Of a DNA stretch of 64,000 bases, positions 1 to 12,980 are shown piece after piece. The position numbers and the translations under genes are program-made. Origin of the DNA: Mobula hypostoma. Its lineage: Eukaryota. The notes under the pieces were generated by a model. The model worked only from the letters and a program-made list of their open reading frames with translations, was not told where the DNA came from and did not search any database. The stretch's first letter is position 1. The number at the start of each line of letters is the position of its first letter. Location: positions 19,656,001 to 19,720,000 of the forward strand of contig NC_086109.1 of the NCBI RefSeq assembly GCF_963921235.1. Reading direction: 5' to 3'.

Positions 1-69
1 AACATGTGGTGTTGTTGGCATCAAGTCAAATCAGCAAAGATTGTACTGGGCATCATGCAAGTGTTCAGA

Positions 70-290
70 GAACCATAATGGATTATAAGTCCACCGAGTA
101 CAATAATGATAGTGATACCTCTCTTCCTGATAGGCTGAATGCCTTCGATGCATGTTTTGGTGTGTCAGCCAGGAAGGCCCCTCATCCCGAGGAGCAGGTA
201 CTCTGTCTGATCACTGCTGATGTGAGGAAGACCCTAGCCAGGATCAACACATGTCAAGCTGCTGGACCTGATAATGTGCCTGACTTAATC
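70..290 (+). mobile_element. Rex1/Babar-type LINE fragment (pre-RT region)
   Basis: ORF 6..314 reads SLPDRLNAFDACF...ADVRKTLARINTCQAAGPDNVP, the LPDELNAFYARF / KAAGPD motifs of Rex1-group LINEs. Confidence 0.75.
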
Positions 291-779
291 ATTCCCACAT
301 TTTCCCTGGAGTAACGCAACCTGCCAGCAGGGAGATGGGCCATGGTCCACATTGCCTGGAGCTATGACGTGGCTGCAGTCTGATGCAAGCACAGGCATAA
401 TCACACAAGTCAGAAGGTGGTTAGATAGCACTGGACCCAGCCAGTTCAGGGTGGTCATCCTCCACCTAGTCCTCCACCTAGTTACTCTGGCTCCCAATGG
501 CTTGAATCCTTGTCTCCTCAACTGGTCTATGAGATTGACTGGGCCACAAAGAGTCAGCAAGCCTCCAGCACACACACAGTTGTGGAGATCCCTTCATCAG
601 TAATCAAAGGGAAGTGGAAAGAGTTGAAAAATTTTAAGTAACTCTAATAAGATTTAATATATTCATTAACTATGTAAAATAAGTATTAAGCCATTGTTAA
701 TTATTAAGCAAATAAATACACAATAAAATTAAAAACAAAATCTAAAACTTACATTTTAAATGATGCTCGATGATCCTAT

Positions 780-1265
780 TCAAATCAAGTTCAACTTCAA
801 GTTTATTGTCTTCAGATGTATATGTATACTGCCAAATGAAGTAATGTTCCTCCGGATCAAATCAGTACCACTGGACAGCAGTCATTAAGGCAGGTTACTG
901 TCGCCTTCTTTGTCACCATGAAGATAGTGGCTGCCTTGAATCCTACAGGGACAGTAGGCTGTTCCAGAGAGACGTTGATGATGTGTGTAGAACCTCTGTT
1001 AACTGGTTTGCACAGCCTCTCCTTCTCAGCACCTGACCAGGTGTGTTATCAGGTCCCACAACTTTACATGTGTTGACCCTGGCTAAGATACTTCCTCACA
1101 TCAGCTGCAGCCAGACAGAGTGCCTGCTCGTCGAGAGGAGGTGGAGGAGGGGGGCCTTCCTCACTGGCAATTTATATCAAGCATAAAAGACAGTCAGCCT
1201 ATCAGGAGCAGAGGTGTCACTATCGTTAACATGCTCGATGGACTTGAAATACATTATGGTCTATG
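780..1265 (-). mobile_element. Rex1/Babar-type LINE fragment plus 3' tail remnant
   Basis: Reverse strand reads EQALCLAAADVRK..VNTCKVVGPDNTPGQVL..ANQLTEV..INVSLEQPTVPVGFKAATI..TCLND; caagttcaacttcaagtttattgtc tail at ~784. Confidence 0.7.
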
Positions 1266-1449
1266 TGCCTTGCCACGTGCATCTAGTGTAGCAGAAACTT
1301 GATGTAACAGAAACGGCTGTATTTTCTCTGTGAATAATCCAGTTTTGATCATGTTCATGCCAAGCACCTGGTACGAAGGTTAAAAAAAAAATCTGGATAT
1401 TTTAAGATACAAAAAAAAAGTCTGGAAACTGTTCAGCAACCTGCACAGT

Positions 1450-1770
1450 GCTGAGTCCAGGGCACATCTCAGTAATAGACAGGGGTATATCCAACCTCCA
1501 GTGCGCTCCCAGCTTTACACTTCAGTGTGCAGCTACAGAGGTACTGCATGAGTCCACTGCCATAACTGGTTATATAGTTGCTGGCCTGCCAGCTTTTGTC
1601 CAGTCTTAACCTGTTGAACCTATTCCATGTCACGCTGTGGTGGGTGCCACACAACACAATGGAAGACATTGTCAGCGTGAAGACCAGAAATGAGTGATAG
1701 CCTCTCCCATCAAGACTGTTATGGGCAGATGAATCTGCAGCCATTAGAGGGGCAGGTAGATGCACCTGAA
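1450..1770 (-). mobile_element. old CR1-group LINE fragment
   Basis: Degenerate reverse-strand coding remnant (VVWH...WNRFNR) resembling the LINE EN-RT linker. Confidence 0.35.
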
Positions 1771-2136
1771 TTGATCATTTTATTTCCTACTTGAAGAGAA
1801 GTAACTATGTACTGCAAACTCTATAGAGCTTAACTTACCTGAACAATTTGTGTCTCTTGAATTGTCTATGAATACTTTTTAAATTTCTTTTATGGTGGTT
1901 CAAGCTTCGTTTGCTTCCATCTAGAATGACATTGATGACATTTTATTATAACCAATGGCTATTTTGATCGATGGTCTGCTTCTGTTTAACATTCTGTGTT
2001 CTTTCATGCAGCTAGTCCCTGCTACAGTGAAGTTCTACTGAAGGCAAGTTAACCAATATAATGTTTTTGAGATGAGAGGATTACCCCAGGACACCTTCAT
2101 CATATTTTTATAGTGGACAGAGCACTCGTATTTGAT

Positions 2137-2330
2137 GCAACACACACAAAATACAGGAGGAACTCAGCAGTTCGGCAGCATCTATGGCAAGCAATAAATT
2201 TCGAGCCAAGACCCTTCATCAGAACTGAAATGTCATCTCTTTATTCCTCGCTGTAGATGCTGCCTAACCTGCTGAATCCCTGCAGTATTTTATGTGTGCT
2301 TCTGATTTAGAGCATCTGTAGAATTTCTTG
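2137..2330. mobile_element. Penelope pLTR-derived palindromic element
   Basis: gcaacacacacaaaatacaggaggaactcagcag...gcagcatcta followed by its reverse complement agatgctgcctaacctgctgaatccctgcagtattttatgtgtg. Confidence 0.7.
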
Positions 2331-2403
2331 CATCTACTATTATTTAATATTTTGTTGAGTCAGCATTGACACAGTTTTACTGTGAGAAGTCATTTGTATT
2401 TCG

Positions 2404-2952
2404 TAAAATGCTGAGGCGTAGATAAAATGGACAGCCAGTGCCTTTGTCCCAGGGCGGAGATGATTAATATGAGTGGGAACAATTTTAAGGTTATTAGAGG
2501 AAAGTATAAGGGGCGATGTTAGAGGTTATTGTCTTTTTCACAGGGAGTGGAGGGTGCATATTACACATTGCCAGGGGTGACGTTAGAGACAGATGCATTA
2601 GGAACATTTAAGAGGCTCTTAAGGAGGCACATGGATGAAAGAAAAATGGAGGGCTTTGCAGAGGGGAAGTATTAGATTGATCTTGGGGTCAGTTAAAAGG
2701 GGTTGCATGGCAGTGCCAGCGAACTGGGTTCAATTTCCACTGCTGTCTATGTCCTTCTTCAGATGGTGTGGGTTTCCACTGTACTCCTCCTTCATTTCAA
2801 AGATGTAGGTCACATGGGTGTAATTGGGTGGTGCAGGCTCACTGGGCTGGTAGGCCTGTTACCATACTGTACCTCTAAATTAATCAAATAAATAAATAAG
2901 ATCAGCACAGCAGTTTGGGCCAAACCATAGTGTGGTGTACTGTTCTATGTTC
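2404..2952 (+). mobile_element. CR1 LINE 3' fragment interrupted by a SINE
   Basis: Typical CR1 ORF2 C-terminus and 3'UTR (aattttaagg...ggaaagtataagggg, acatttaagaggctctt, tail ctgttctatgttc). Confidence 0.75.
2703..2897 (+). mobile_element. tRNA-derived V-SINE (degenerate)
   Basis: B-box ggttcaatttcc, gtgtgggtttcc V-domain remnant, aaataaataaataa tail. Confidence 0.6.
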
Positions 2953-4296
2953 ACCTGGATACTGCAACCATACTGAGATCAAATCCAGTTACAATTCTTC
3001 CACATTTTCCTCATCTGGTAAAAACCATGAAAGTTGACCATTCACCCAGAAATAGAATTACAATGTTTAATTTCACCGACAATGATGATACATAAGTGTG
3101 GTGATGCAGACTGCGCCATGATAGGGCAGCTTCTCTCCTCTTCTTCCCCACCCCCCCCCCGTCTTCTCCCTCACCCCCTCACTTTTCTGTCCTCTTCCCA
3201 CACATCTGCCCTCTCTCCTCAGTCCCCTGCAGTCTCCTCCACTCTATCATCCCCACACATCCATCCTCTCCCATGAAAGCTGCGAGACTTTAGAAATGTT
3301 GAAAGGCTGGGTCCACTTGGATAATTCTGTCATTGAGCCAGCACTGGTGTTGTGGGCCCAATCGCCTCCTGCTCTGTGCCACAGCCAGTCAAAGTTGTTC
3401 ATTAGGTATGAAGAGATTTTAATTGATTCAGGGAGAAGTTATGTAAATCCTTTTTTTTCTTATAAGTCTGCAGTGCATGAAGTGAAAAATCTCAGAATGT
3501 GAATGTCAATCATTTTACTGGACAGGGACAAGCAATTTAAAGCTCTGGGCAATTTTTTCTTAAGTCATTCTAACTCATTGCTTCCTCCATTACATCGGTG
3601 ATTACATTTCCAAAGCACTTAATTGGCTTTAAAGCATATTTATACATCCAAAGATCTTGAAAACACAGTACGATTTGAGTAAAGTGAAATTTGGTCACAT
3701 GTTTCACACATCAGGAATAGTTTCCCCTCATTTTCCATGAGGATTTGACAGGTGCTACTCATTTTTTAAACATCTGTTGCCCTTAAGAGCACTCAAGTTA
3801 TGCGCCAATACATTAATAACTGAAGCGCAATTAGAATATAATTTTGCATGTTGACATAATGCCAAGTGATAGAGAGGAGTAATATTCAAGACAGACCCAT
3901 AGGCATTAGTTTGACTGTGAAACATTTGCATCCATTATATATACAAAGATTATGATTTATACTCATTTGATTTTTCGATATCCTGTGCTCAAAATGTAAA
4001 CAACATCTGTGCTCACAAATTAGCCATAATAAAAGTCCTCAATGCCATGCTAGATGGCAGTTAATGACTGATAGAAGCCACACAACAGAAACTTAAGGAA
4101 TAATTTGTAGACAATTAAAAAGTCACCAATTGTTTCTAGTCCGTTAAGTTCCAAATACACTGCCGTAGTCACTCATTCCTGAGTCGGGTTTCCTGCTTCA
4201 CTTGAGAACAGGGTAATTTGTAACTCAGACTCACTCCTTCTCAAGACTTTAAACAGTTGAGATCTCACCTCCCATTTCCATTTTTCACCCTCATCC

Positions 4297-4985
4297 TCAG
4301 AATTAGAATCAGAATCACGGATATATGTCATGAAGTTTATCATTTTGCGGCAGCAGTACAGTACAATATATAAAATACTATAAATTACAATAAGAAACAT
4401 AAAGCTAGTGCAAAATTGTGAGTTAATGAGTTCATGGATTGTTCAGAAATCTGATGACAGAGGAGAAGAAGCTGGGGCAGCACAATGGTGTAGTGGTTAG
4501 CACACTTTACAGATCCAGCGGCCCAGGTTCGATTCCCACCAGTGCCCATAACGAGTTTGTACGTTCTCCCCCATGTCTGTCCAGGTTTCCTCCGGGTGCT
4601 CTGGTTTCCTCCCACAGTCCATTGGTAGGTTAATTGGTCATTGTAAATTGATCAGGCTAGGATTAAATCGGGTGGTGGGGCTCAAAGTGCCGGAAGAACC
4701 TATTTCAAGCTGTATCTCAATCAATCAACAAACAAACTGTTCCTAAAATGTTAGGTGTGTGTCTCCAGGCTCCCGTACCTCCTCTCTGTTGGTAACAATA
4801 AAGAGAGGACATGTCCTGGGTGATGAGGACCTTAATGACGGAAGCCGCCTTTCTGACGCATGGCCATTTGTGTGCATGATGGAGATGGCTGAGAATCCTC
4901 TGCATTGGTGCCCCCATACCAGATGGTGATGCACACAGTCAGAATGCTCACCACCATACATCTGTACAGTCTTCCTTGAATTCAT
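4297..4985 (-). mobile_element. Rex1-like LINE 3' end split by a SINE
   Basis: cagaatcagaatc tail, gttcagaaatctgatgacagaggagaagaagctg|ttcctaaa; same 3'UTR as other copies in the window. Confidence 0.7.
4475..4737 (+). mobile_element. tRNA-derived V-SINE (HE1-like)
   Basis: A-box tggtgtagtgg, B-box ggttcgattcc, V-domain ggtttcctccgggtgctctggtttcctcccacag, CR1-like tail ending gctgtatctcaat. Confidence 0.85.
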
Positions 4986-5069
4986 ACGATTTTAGCATCG
5001 TCGCACGGTATCACCTACCTTTCAATCACAGAACACTTCACTGAATTCTAATCACACAGGGTTCCAGTT

Positions 5070-5335
5070 GTAAAATTCTCACCTTTCATTCCTTTCTCCC
5101 TCCCCACGGTTCCTTCTTTCAGGAAGTCTTTGCAACCCCCTCTAATCCTACAACTTTCCTCAGATCGCTGCATTCCTCGGATTCATGGTCCCTTTCCCAT
5201 CAATAACTTTAGTTGCTACATTATTAATGTCCCTGCCTTTCAGTGGGCTGAAGCTTCCTGAAACTTCCTCTCCATCTACTTCTTTAGTTATTCCCTATAG
5301 ACCAAGCTGATGATCATACTTTTGCCTTAAAACAC
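5070..5335 (+). mobile_element. old L2 LINE 3' fragment
   Basis: aaaattctcacc...ctcagatcgctgcattcctc...gcctttcag degenerate L2 C-terminal pattern. Confidence 0.4.
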
Positions 5336-5469
5336 ATCACATTTGGCTTGTTAACAATCCTGAGAAGCATTGTGGGAACTTTATTCCACATTAAAAGGGT
5401 TACAGTATATGAAAGCGATTTGTTTTTGTTTGAAGGTATTTTTTTTAATGAGCTTTCCAAGGTCAGTGC

Positions 5470-6050
5470 TGCATTTACCAATGAGTCTATAGAACAGTTT
5501 ATAAGGCCACACTTGGAGTACTGTGAGCAGTTCTGAGTCCCTGATGCGCTGGCCTTGGAGAGGGTCCAGTGGAGGTTCAGTAGAATGATCTGGGAATGAA
5601 ACGGTTAATGTATGAGGAGTGTTTGATGGCTCTGGACCTGTCCTCACTGCAGTTTAGAAGAATGAGGGAGGCTCTCATTGAAACCTATCGAATATTGAAA
5701 GGCCTAGATAGAGTGGATGTTGAGAGGATGTTTCCGATAGTGGGGGGAGTTTAGGACCAGAGGACGCAGCCTCAAAATAGAGGGATGTCCCTTTTAAACA
5801 GAAATATAGAGGAATTTCTTTAGCGAGAGGGTGATGAAATAATATAATCCATTGTCGCAGACAGCTGTGGAGACCATGATGGGGTATATTTAAAGAAGAG
5901 ATGATAGGGTCTTGATTCGTCAGGGTGTCAAAGGTTATGGGTAGAAGGCAGAAGAATGGGGCTGAGAGGGAAAATAAATCAGCCGTGATGGAATGGCAGA
6001 GCGGACTTGATAGGCTAATAGGCTAATTCTGCTCCTGTGTCTTATGTCTT
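5470..6050 (+). mobile_element. CR1 LINE 3' fragment
   Basis: IRPHLEYCEQF motif, ggagagggtccagtggaggttc, tail ctgctcctgtgtcttatgtc. Confidence 0.85.
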
Positions 6051-6554
6051 GTTGGCGGTACTTTACCAAAAGTTCTCACCCGTCTAAAATAAACACAAGA
6101 GCTTGCCTATAAGTTAACTGGTACATTCAAACATTATGAGATGAAATAGAAAGTACTGAATACCGTCTGCATGTCAGGCAGCATCTATTAAGAGGAAAAT
6201 GGAGCTTTGATAAAAGGTCATTGACCTAAAACATCTGCCCAAGGAACAGACTGGACACCTTTTACAAAGAGTTAGTACTTGTAGAGGAGCTGAATGGTCT
6301 CATTCTGTTGTGTTTCATTCTGTGTGCCCAGCAATGGTAGGGACATTGTTTATTGAACTGAATCAGTATAGTAATTGATAATCAGGCATCAGGAAATATA
6401 AGAAAGTTGCCCGATTGTTGTAAAAGGCCTCACAGTCAAATGGGACTAACTTACATGGGCATCTTGGTCAGCATGGACAAATTGGACCAAAGAGCCTGCT
6501 TGTGTGCTGAATTACTGTATGACTCTATCTGATTCATTAATGCTAAGTGTGACA

Positions 6555-6862
6555 TGTCAGCACTGCAGTGAGTGCCATCGCTGTACAGCACTAGCGATCA
6601 CTGGTCGGGGTTCGATACCTGCTGCTGCCTGTAAGGAGTTTGTATGTTATTCTCATAAGCGGCTGGGTTTCTTCTGGGTGCTCCAGTTTCTTCCCACATC
6701 CCAAAGATGTAGGGTGCAGGAAAGTGAGTTGTGGGTGTGCTATGCTGGTGCCAGAAACATGGCGGCACTTGCCGGCTGCCCAGTACAATCCTCGCTGATT
6801 TGATTCAACACAAACGACGCACTTCATTATATATGTCTTGACGTTTCAATGTATATGTGACT
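6555..6862 (+). mobile_element. tRNA-derived V-SINE, alternative-tail subfamily
   Basis: ggttcgatacc B-box, gggtttcttctgggtgctccagtttcttcccaca V-domain, tail shared with 18210-18531 and 55790-55945. Confidence 0.75.
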
Positions 6863-6879
6863 AGTACATAGTCCATAAG

Positions 6880-7350
6880 CAGCGCCCATCCTGTGTACTG
6901 CCCACCCTCATCGGGGAAAAGGCTACACAGCATCTATGCTAGAAACACTAGACTCGGAAATAGTTACATTTCCCTAGCCGTCAGGCTGATCAATGCCTCC
7001 ACACATTAGCCCACCCCACCACATCAGCTACTCCTCTCCGCAGCTCCTCAACACCCTTCATCCCCCCCGCCTCCCTGACCTGCCACTTCACAATTACACT
7101 CCACACCTCATACCTACACCAGCACAGTCACTGTCCTACTGCGTTTGCATAGGCCCTGCTGCTACCTCGAAGATTTCCTCTTGCCGAGAGTTACATTGTC
7201 ACCTTATCATTTCCTGTCAGAGTCGCAAATACTCCTGCAACATGTCATTAATGTACATAAGATCAGTCTGTCTGTATACAGTCACACTCAAGCATTTATT
7301 TGTACATTATGTTTTATAGGGTTGCTTTTATATTTGTGTCTATTGAGTTC
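6880..7350 (+). mobile_element. Rex1-like LINE 3' end
   Basis: Reads PSGKRLHSIYARNTRLGNSY..AVRLIN, the Rex1-group C-terminus, followed by 3'UTR. Confidence 0.7.
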
Positions 7351-7360
7351 TTTATACTTA

Positions 7361-8460
7361 TTCAAGTTCAGTTTCAAGTTCAAGTTTATAGTCATCTGCC
7401 TGTATATATATATACAACCAAACAAAACAACATCCCTCTGGACCCACAAGCATATATCACACACAGCACATAAAGCGAGATATTCCATAAATAAATTAAT
7501 AAAAAATAATTCCAAAATACATGTAATGCACAGCACTGGTAAGCAGTAAACAGCTTGCTGTTCTAGTGACCAGACCTCGGTGTTGATAGAATATTCATTA
7601 CTCTTGCAGCCTGACGGGAGAAGCCGTTACCAAGTCTGGAAGATCTATCCTCCATCGGGTCTTGCAGTCTGATGCTTTGCAGCTTCTGTACCACTCAATG
7701 ATGCAGCAAGACAGGGCAGTCTCAATGGTGCTCCTGTAGAAAGTTGTAAGAATGGGGCAGAGAGACTTGCATGATTCAGTCGCCTCAGAACGAGTAGACA
7801 CTACTGTGCCTTCTTGACTAATGAGGAGGTATTGTGGGTCCAGGGTAGATAGTCCATTTTTTGCACACTAGGGAACTTCGTGCTCTTAATTCTCTACACA
7901 GCAGAACCATTGATGTGCAATGGAGAGTGGTCTACCTGTGCCTTCCTGAAGCCCACAGTTATCTTTATTTCTCTTGTCCATGTTGCAACTCAGTTTGCTG
8001 TTCTCACATTATTTGACAATCCTCGCGACCTCCTCTCTATGCTGACTCATCATTGTTGCTGATAAAGCCAATTACTGTTGTATCGTTAGTGAACAACTGA
8101 TGTGGCTTGTGCTGGATCGAGCAGTGCAGTCCTGTCAGCAGCATGAACAGTAGTGGGCTAAGCACACAGCCCTGAGAAGGCACCAGTGGTCAGCATAACA
8201 ACGCTTGAGATGTTGCTGCCAACTCGGACTGACTGTGGGCTTTCCATAAAGAAGTCCAAGATTCAATTTTATAGAGTGCTGTTGAGTCCTAATCAGGACG
8301 GTTTACCCACCAGCCTCTGAGGGACAACTGAGTTAAATGCTGATCTGAAGTCAATGAGCATCCTGGCGTATGAAGCATCATTTTCAGGTGGGACAGGACA
8401 GAGTGGGGACCCGAGTCTATGGCATCATTAGTGGACTCATATGAGTGGCAGCTGAACTGG
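7361..8460 (-). mobile_element. Rex1-like LINE, degenerate RT to 3' end (tail-to-tail with previous)
   Basis: (ttcaag)n tail; ORF 7598..7801 LTTFYRSTIETALSCCIIEWY. Confidence 0.75.
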
Positions 8461-9039
8461 TGCTCCTGTTTTTTTAATGCTGCATCAGATCGGGAGTAAC
8501 AATCATTTTGCTTACCTTTATACTCATGTACTGAAGAATGACAATAAATATTCTTGAATCTTAAAGTGAATCTATTCTTTCAGAGAAGGAAATCAATCGT
8601 CATACTTAGCCCGGCACTTGTATAATGTTAGTGCCATTTTAGACGGCTGACTTAATATCTCAAGAGCAGTAGGATTTGGCAGGAAATGTTACTTTGCTAG
8701 GTGCCAGCCACAAGGACTAAAATAAAGCAAACTGAATTTAGCCAATGCTCCATCGTATAACTTCATAAAATATGAGTTTAACCTAGGAGCCGTGAAGGTC
8801 AATGACAATGCATCAGCAGTGTCATCACCTGTCTTTTGACTCCACCAGTATTTTCTCCTTCTTTTTCAAGAGAGTCTTAATTTATGTCAGGACCTTTCAT
8901 GGCCTTGGTTCATCCCAGAGTGAATTTGAGCTCACCAAATTCATTTTGAAGCTGCAGCCAATTTTATCAAAATGGGATCCAACAGTGTGTTTGAGTCCAG
9001 ATTTTCCATGACGTTGATCAAGAAATAATTATTGGCAAG

Positions 9040-9290
9040 ATCAGAATCAGAAGCAGGTTTACCATCACTCATATTTGTCATGAACTTTTTTGTTGTTTTG
9101 TGTTAGTAGTACAGTGTAATGTATAAAATATTACTGTAAGTTAAAATAAGAGATATATATATAATTTAAAAAGTTGTGCGAAAAGAGAGGAAAAGGTAGT
9201 GTTCCTGGGTTCATGGTCCATTCAGAAATCTGATGGTGGAGAGGAAGAAGTTGTTCCTAAAATGTCGAGCATGTCTCTTCAGCTTCTGAA
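9040..9290 (-). mobile_element. Rex1-like LINE 3' UTR
   Basis: atcagaatcagaagcaggttt tail and ccattcagaaatctgatggtggagaggaagaagttgttcc. Confidence 0.7.
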
Positions 9291-9430
9291 GAGCGAAGAT
9301 CATTGGGAGATATCTGTGTTCAGTGTCACGGATCAAAGAGAAGAACGCCATCACTAGTTAGGAGTACATTGTGAATGCTCTATTGTTCTGCTGGGTACAG
9401 ATTCCACAATGGCTCTGGCACTTTTCCCAG

Positions 9431-10038
9431 GAGCGGAGGAGAAGATGGCGGCACGACGCAGTGCACATGGCCGCTCTGGAATGATATCGTATTTGTAAGT
9501 AGATACCGTGCACAATCCTGATTTGATGGAGACAGACGTGAGAAGCACGGAGGAACATCTGGAGAAACTTCTGAAATGCCCGGTTCGATGCCGCTGCTAC
9601 TGTGCGATCGAGAATCTCCGGAGGGGAAGGCCCCAAATCCTCGGCTTTGCCTACTGCCTGTTGCCGGAGCCGGGGTCAAAGTGCTCGGCGGAGATGGTGC
9701 TTGGTGCTTGGTGCATCGGCAAGTTTGCAGCACTGGAAGCTCATGGCAAGGAGAGTTTTTCTTCCTTCTACCGTCTACATGAGATGATGGGACTTTTGAG
9801 AGACTTTGAGACTTTTTTTTACCATGCCTATGGTCTGTTCTTTATCAAATTACGGTATTGCTTTGCACTGTTGTAACTATATGTTATAATTATGTGGTTT
9901 TTGTCAGTTTTTTTAGTCTTGGTTTGTGTTGTGTTTCTGTGATATCACTCTGGAGGAACATTGTATCATTTCTCAGTGCATGCATTACTAAGTGACAATA
10001 AAGAGGACTGTGTGTCCTCTTAATCCAATCTAATCTAA
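9431..10038 (+). mobile_element. non-autonomous retroposon (YY1-motif head, LINE-type tail), copy 1
   Basis: Starts ggaggagaagatggcggc, ends gacaataaagaggac...(aatct)n; second copy at 44638-45308 (-). Confidence 0.75.
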
Positions 10039-10084
10039 TTATTCTTAACTGAAAAGGAACAATCACCATGTGGAATGAGAGAAT

Positions 10085-10178
10085 TCAGAACCAGGATCAT
10101 GTTTAGCATCACTGACATGTCATGAAAAATCTTGTTTCAAGGCAGCAATACATAAAAATATGATAAATTATAACAAGA

Positions 10179-10218
<40 letters not shown>

Positions 10219-10440
10219 TGTGTGTGCATCTGTCCATATGCTAAATAAGTAGTTCAGAAAGAGAGCAAAATTAGTGAGGTAATGTTCATGGGATGGGTTC
10301 ATTGTCCTTTCAGAAATCTGATGGTGGAGGGGAAAAAGCTATTCCTAAAACATTGAGTGCGTGTCTTCAGGCTCTTGTACCTCCGCCCCGATGGTAGTAA
10401 TGAGAACAAGGCAAATCCCGGATGGCGGGAATCATTAATA
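10085..10440 (-). mobile_element. Rex1-like LINE 3' end with internal (TG)n
   Basis: Same 3'UTR family; (TG)n at ~10185-10226. Confidence 0.7.
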
Positions 10441-11594
10441 ATTAACCTTCTAACTTTGATTGGTTAAATCTTTAAACTCTCTTTTTCACACTGCTCCCTT
10501 CCTCCACCCACACCGCTTTCTCCCTCTAAGGTAGACTCCTGCCTATTTTTATCCACATTGCACAAGCATTCTTTGTCTCAGTTGGGAAATCTCATATCCA
10601 AGTACACACTGACTCCATTCATCCATTGATCTAGTGTTATTGAAGTCACCCATATTATTCTCCCATTCATCTCTCAACGTAAATTTCCAATGAACAGGAG
10701 AATCATGCAGTTGTGACAAATCTTAATAGAGAAAAGGAAGGCCATCATTCATCAGAAACGAGTCCCACTAGAACCATCATTTCACGTTTCCCTTTCAGAG
10801 GCTGGATGATCTGCTCTACATTTCCAGAGCCCTTTGGTTTTAATTACTCTAACATAATTCACTTGAGAATCTGCAAAATAGGTTGTACTATATTTAAAAA
10901 TCTAGCAGTAATTAGGTGAATCATTGTGCATTTGTAGTACTGACCCAATTATTAAGGTGTTAAAAACAGAAAATGCCAAAACAATGAGCTGTTCAAGTAA
11001 TGCCTATGAAATTAAAAGAAACACAGTCAAGGTTTCAGGTTGCTTTTTTTTATATAGAACAGGTAGAAGTTTATTATGTGGTAGGTTTTACCCAAGTCTA
11101 AAGGCTGAGACAGAGAAGAGAAAGAGGGGCTTGTGATAAAGTGGAAGACAGAAGGACTAAATCACAAGGAGGGGTGATGGGCGGAAGCTGGCAGAGTTGG
11201 TAGTCAGGTAAATCAAGGGGTTGGTGGGTCAAACAGGCCCTTTGACAAAAACCACTAATCCTGCATTCGTTCCATATTTGTATCCACCCCACATTCTCAG
11301 CGACCTCCACACTGTATCACTAAATAAATACATACTGTAAATAACAACCTGGGCCACTGCAAGACTAGATGGGTCACATTAGCAATTTTTCATAGTTTTG
11401 ACCTACTAGATTTAGTAATAGAAACACAAAGTAAAAGATTGCTGAAGCTGTTCAGGTCAAAAAGTGAGGAGAGAGAAATGTTTCATGTCCGTGGATTTTC
11501 ATCGGAATTGAGAAGAATCAGAGATCAGGAGATGCAGAGGGACAGTGGGAGGGAAGTGAGGACAGAAGGGAACATCTATGATAGGGTAAACGTA

Positions 11595-11760
11595 AGAGAT
11601 TCTGCAGATGCTGGAAATCCAGAGCAACACACACAAAATACTGGAGGAACTCAGCAGGTCTGGCACATCTATAGAAGTGAATAAATAATGGATGTTTTGG
11701 GCCGAGATCCTTCTTCAGGACCCTAACCCTACGATAGGAAAACCTGGAGCGATTAGATAC
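11595..11760 (-). mobile_element. Penelope pLTR fragment
   Basis: gattctgcagatgctggaaatccagagcaacacacacaaaatactggaggaactcagcagg plus degenerate hammerhead. Confidence 0.7.
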
Positions 11761-12538
11761 AAAAATGGGAATGGAGCAAAAGTGAAAGTGGATGGTACTA
11801 GGAAAGGTAAGGGAAATAAAGGAGGAGGTATAAATAAAGTGGGAAGAACCTGCCAACCCAAGTCAGTTCCCATGCATGAAGAGGATTATCAATCTCAGTG
11901 AGCTGGTTGGTCATACACTTGCCCAGCCACCTTGATACATCCAGACCCACATTTATCTGGTTCAGATGTGGAGGGCCAATTTCACGGGTCCCCTACATCC
12001 TCAGATGAGATGATAAACTCCTGATGGTGACCAAGCGTCGAGCTGTGTCCTGTGGAGATCTGTTCCCGAAGTGCCTCTGGCAAAATACTAAACTGGAGGG
12101 ATCAGAACTTTGTCTTCTGCCAAAACTGAAAACACTTCTTAAAAGTATCTGATGCTAGTGGATATTGAAAACCTATAAAATTTGGTGCTTTTAACCATTT
12201 TTTAAATTAGTTTAAAGTAATTTAAAAATTAAAAATGTAATTTGAAACACAATCCATTACAAGCATTGAACAAAATGATTTCTTTTACCATCCATTTTTC
12301 TTCCTAATCAGCAGCCTGAAAATGTCCATCAACGGAGATTGTGCAAGAACGAAAGATGCAAACTTTGGAACCCATGACCAGAGCTGGCAGGGTTGGCTGA
12401 CGTACAGAGCATTTGATAACCGTAAGATTTGCCAGAGTGCCTTGCAGTCACTCTGGTTAAACAAGCGATTCTGTAGAAAATCTTGAGCAGCACACACAGA
12501 ACGCTAGAGGAGCTCAGCAGCTCATGGAGGGAAATGAA

Positions 12539-12576
12539 CAGTCAATGTTTCAGGCTGAGAATCTTCATCAGGGCTA
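12539..12576 (-). ncRNA. minimal type I hammerhead ribozyme motif (degenerate)
   Basis: Minus strand TAGCC-CTGATGA-AGATTCTCAGCCT-GAAA-CATT-GACTG; core intact, stems partly decayed. Confidence 0.6.
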
Positions 12577-12728
12577 GAAAGGGAGAGGGCAGGAGCCTGA
12601 ATACAAAGGTATGTGTGAGAGAGGGAGCACAAGATACTAGGTGATAGGTGAGTCCAGGTGAGGGGCAAGGTAAGTGTGTGGGGGAGGCCTGATGAAAGGG
12701 ATGCTGTGAGAAAATTGGAAGTGATAGA

Positions 12729-12980
12729 TGGTATGGTAGCATAGTGGTTACAACAATGCTTTACAGTACCAGCAACCCGGGTTCGATTCCTGCCACTGCC
12801 TATAAGGTGCTCCAGTTTCCTCCCACAGTCCAAAGATGTACCAGTTGGCAGGTTAATTGGTCATTGTAGATTGTCCTGTGGTTAGGCTGGGATTAAACCA
12901 GCGGTTACTGAGTGGTGTGGCTGGAAGGGCTGGAAGGGCTGGAAGGGCCTATTCCACACTGAATAATAAATCAATAATAA
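12729..12980 (+). mobile_element. tRNA-derived V-SINE nested in Penelope pLTR
   Basis: tagcatagtgg A-box, ggttcgattcc B-box, gtttcctcccacagtccaaagatg, aataaa tail. Confidence 0.8.

Noticed and set aside
4475..4550. tRNA-like A/B-box sequences here and elsewhere as tRNA genes
   Set aside because: They continue into V, CORE or Deu bodies and LINE-like tails, so they are SINE heads
6993..7549. Overlapping 108-134 aa ORFs
   Set aside because: They span two tail-to-tail LINE 3' UTRs and are low-complexity chance frames
9354..9876. Cluster of overlapping ORFs on both strands
   Set aside because: GC-rich retroposon body; the second copy at 44.6-45.3 kb differs by indels and does not keep the same frames
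12921..12947. ctggaaggg x3 tandem
   Set aside because: Local slippage inside a SINE tail
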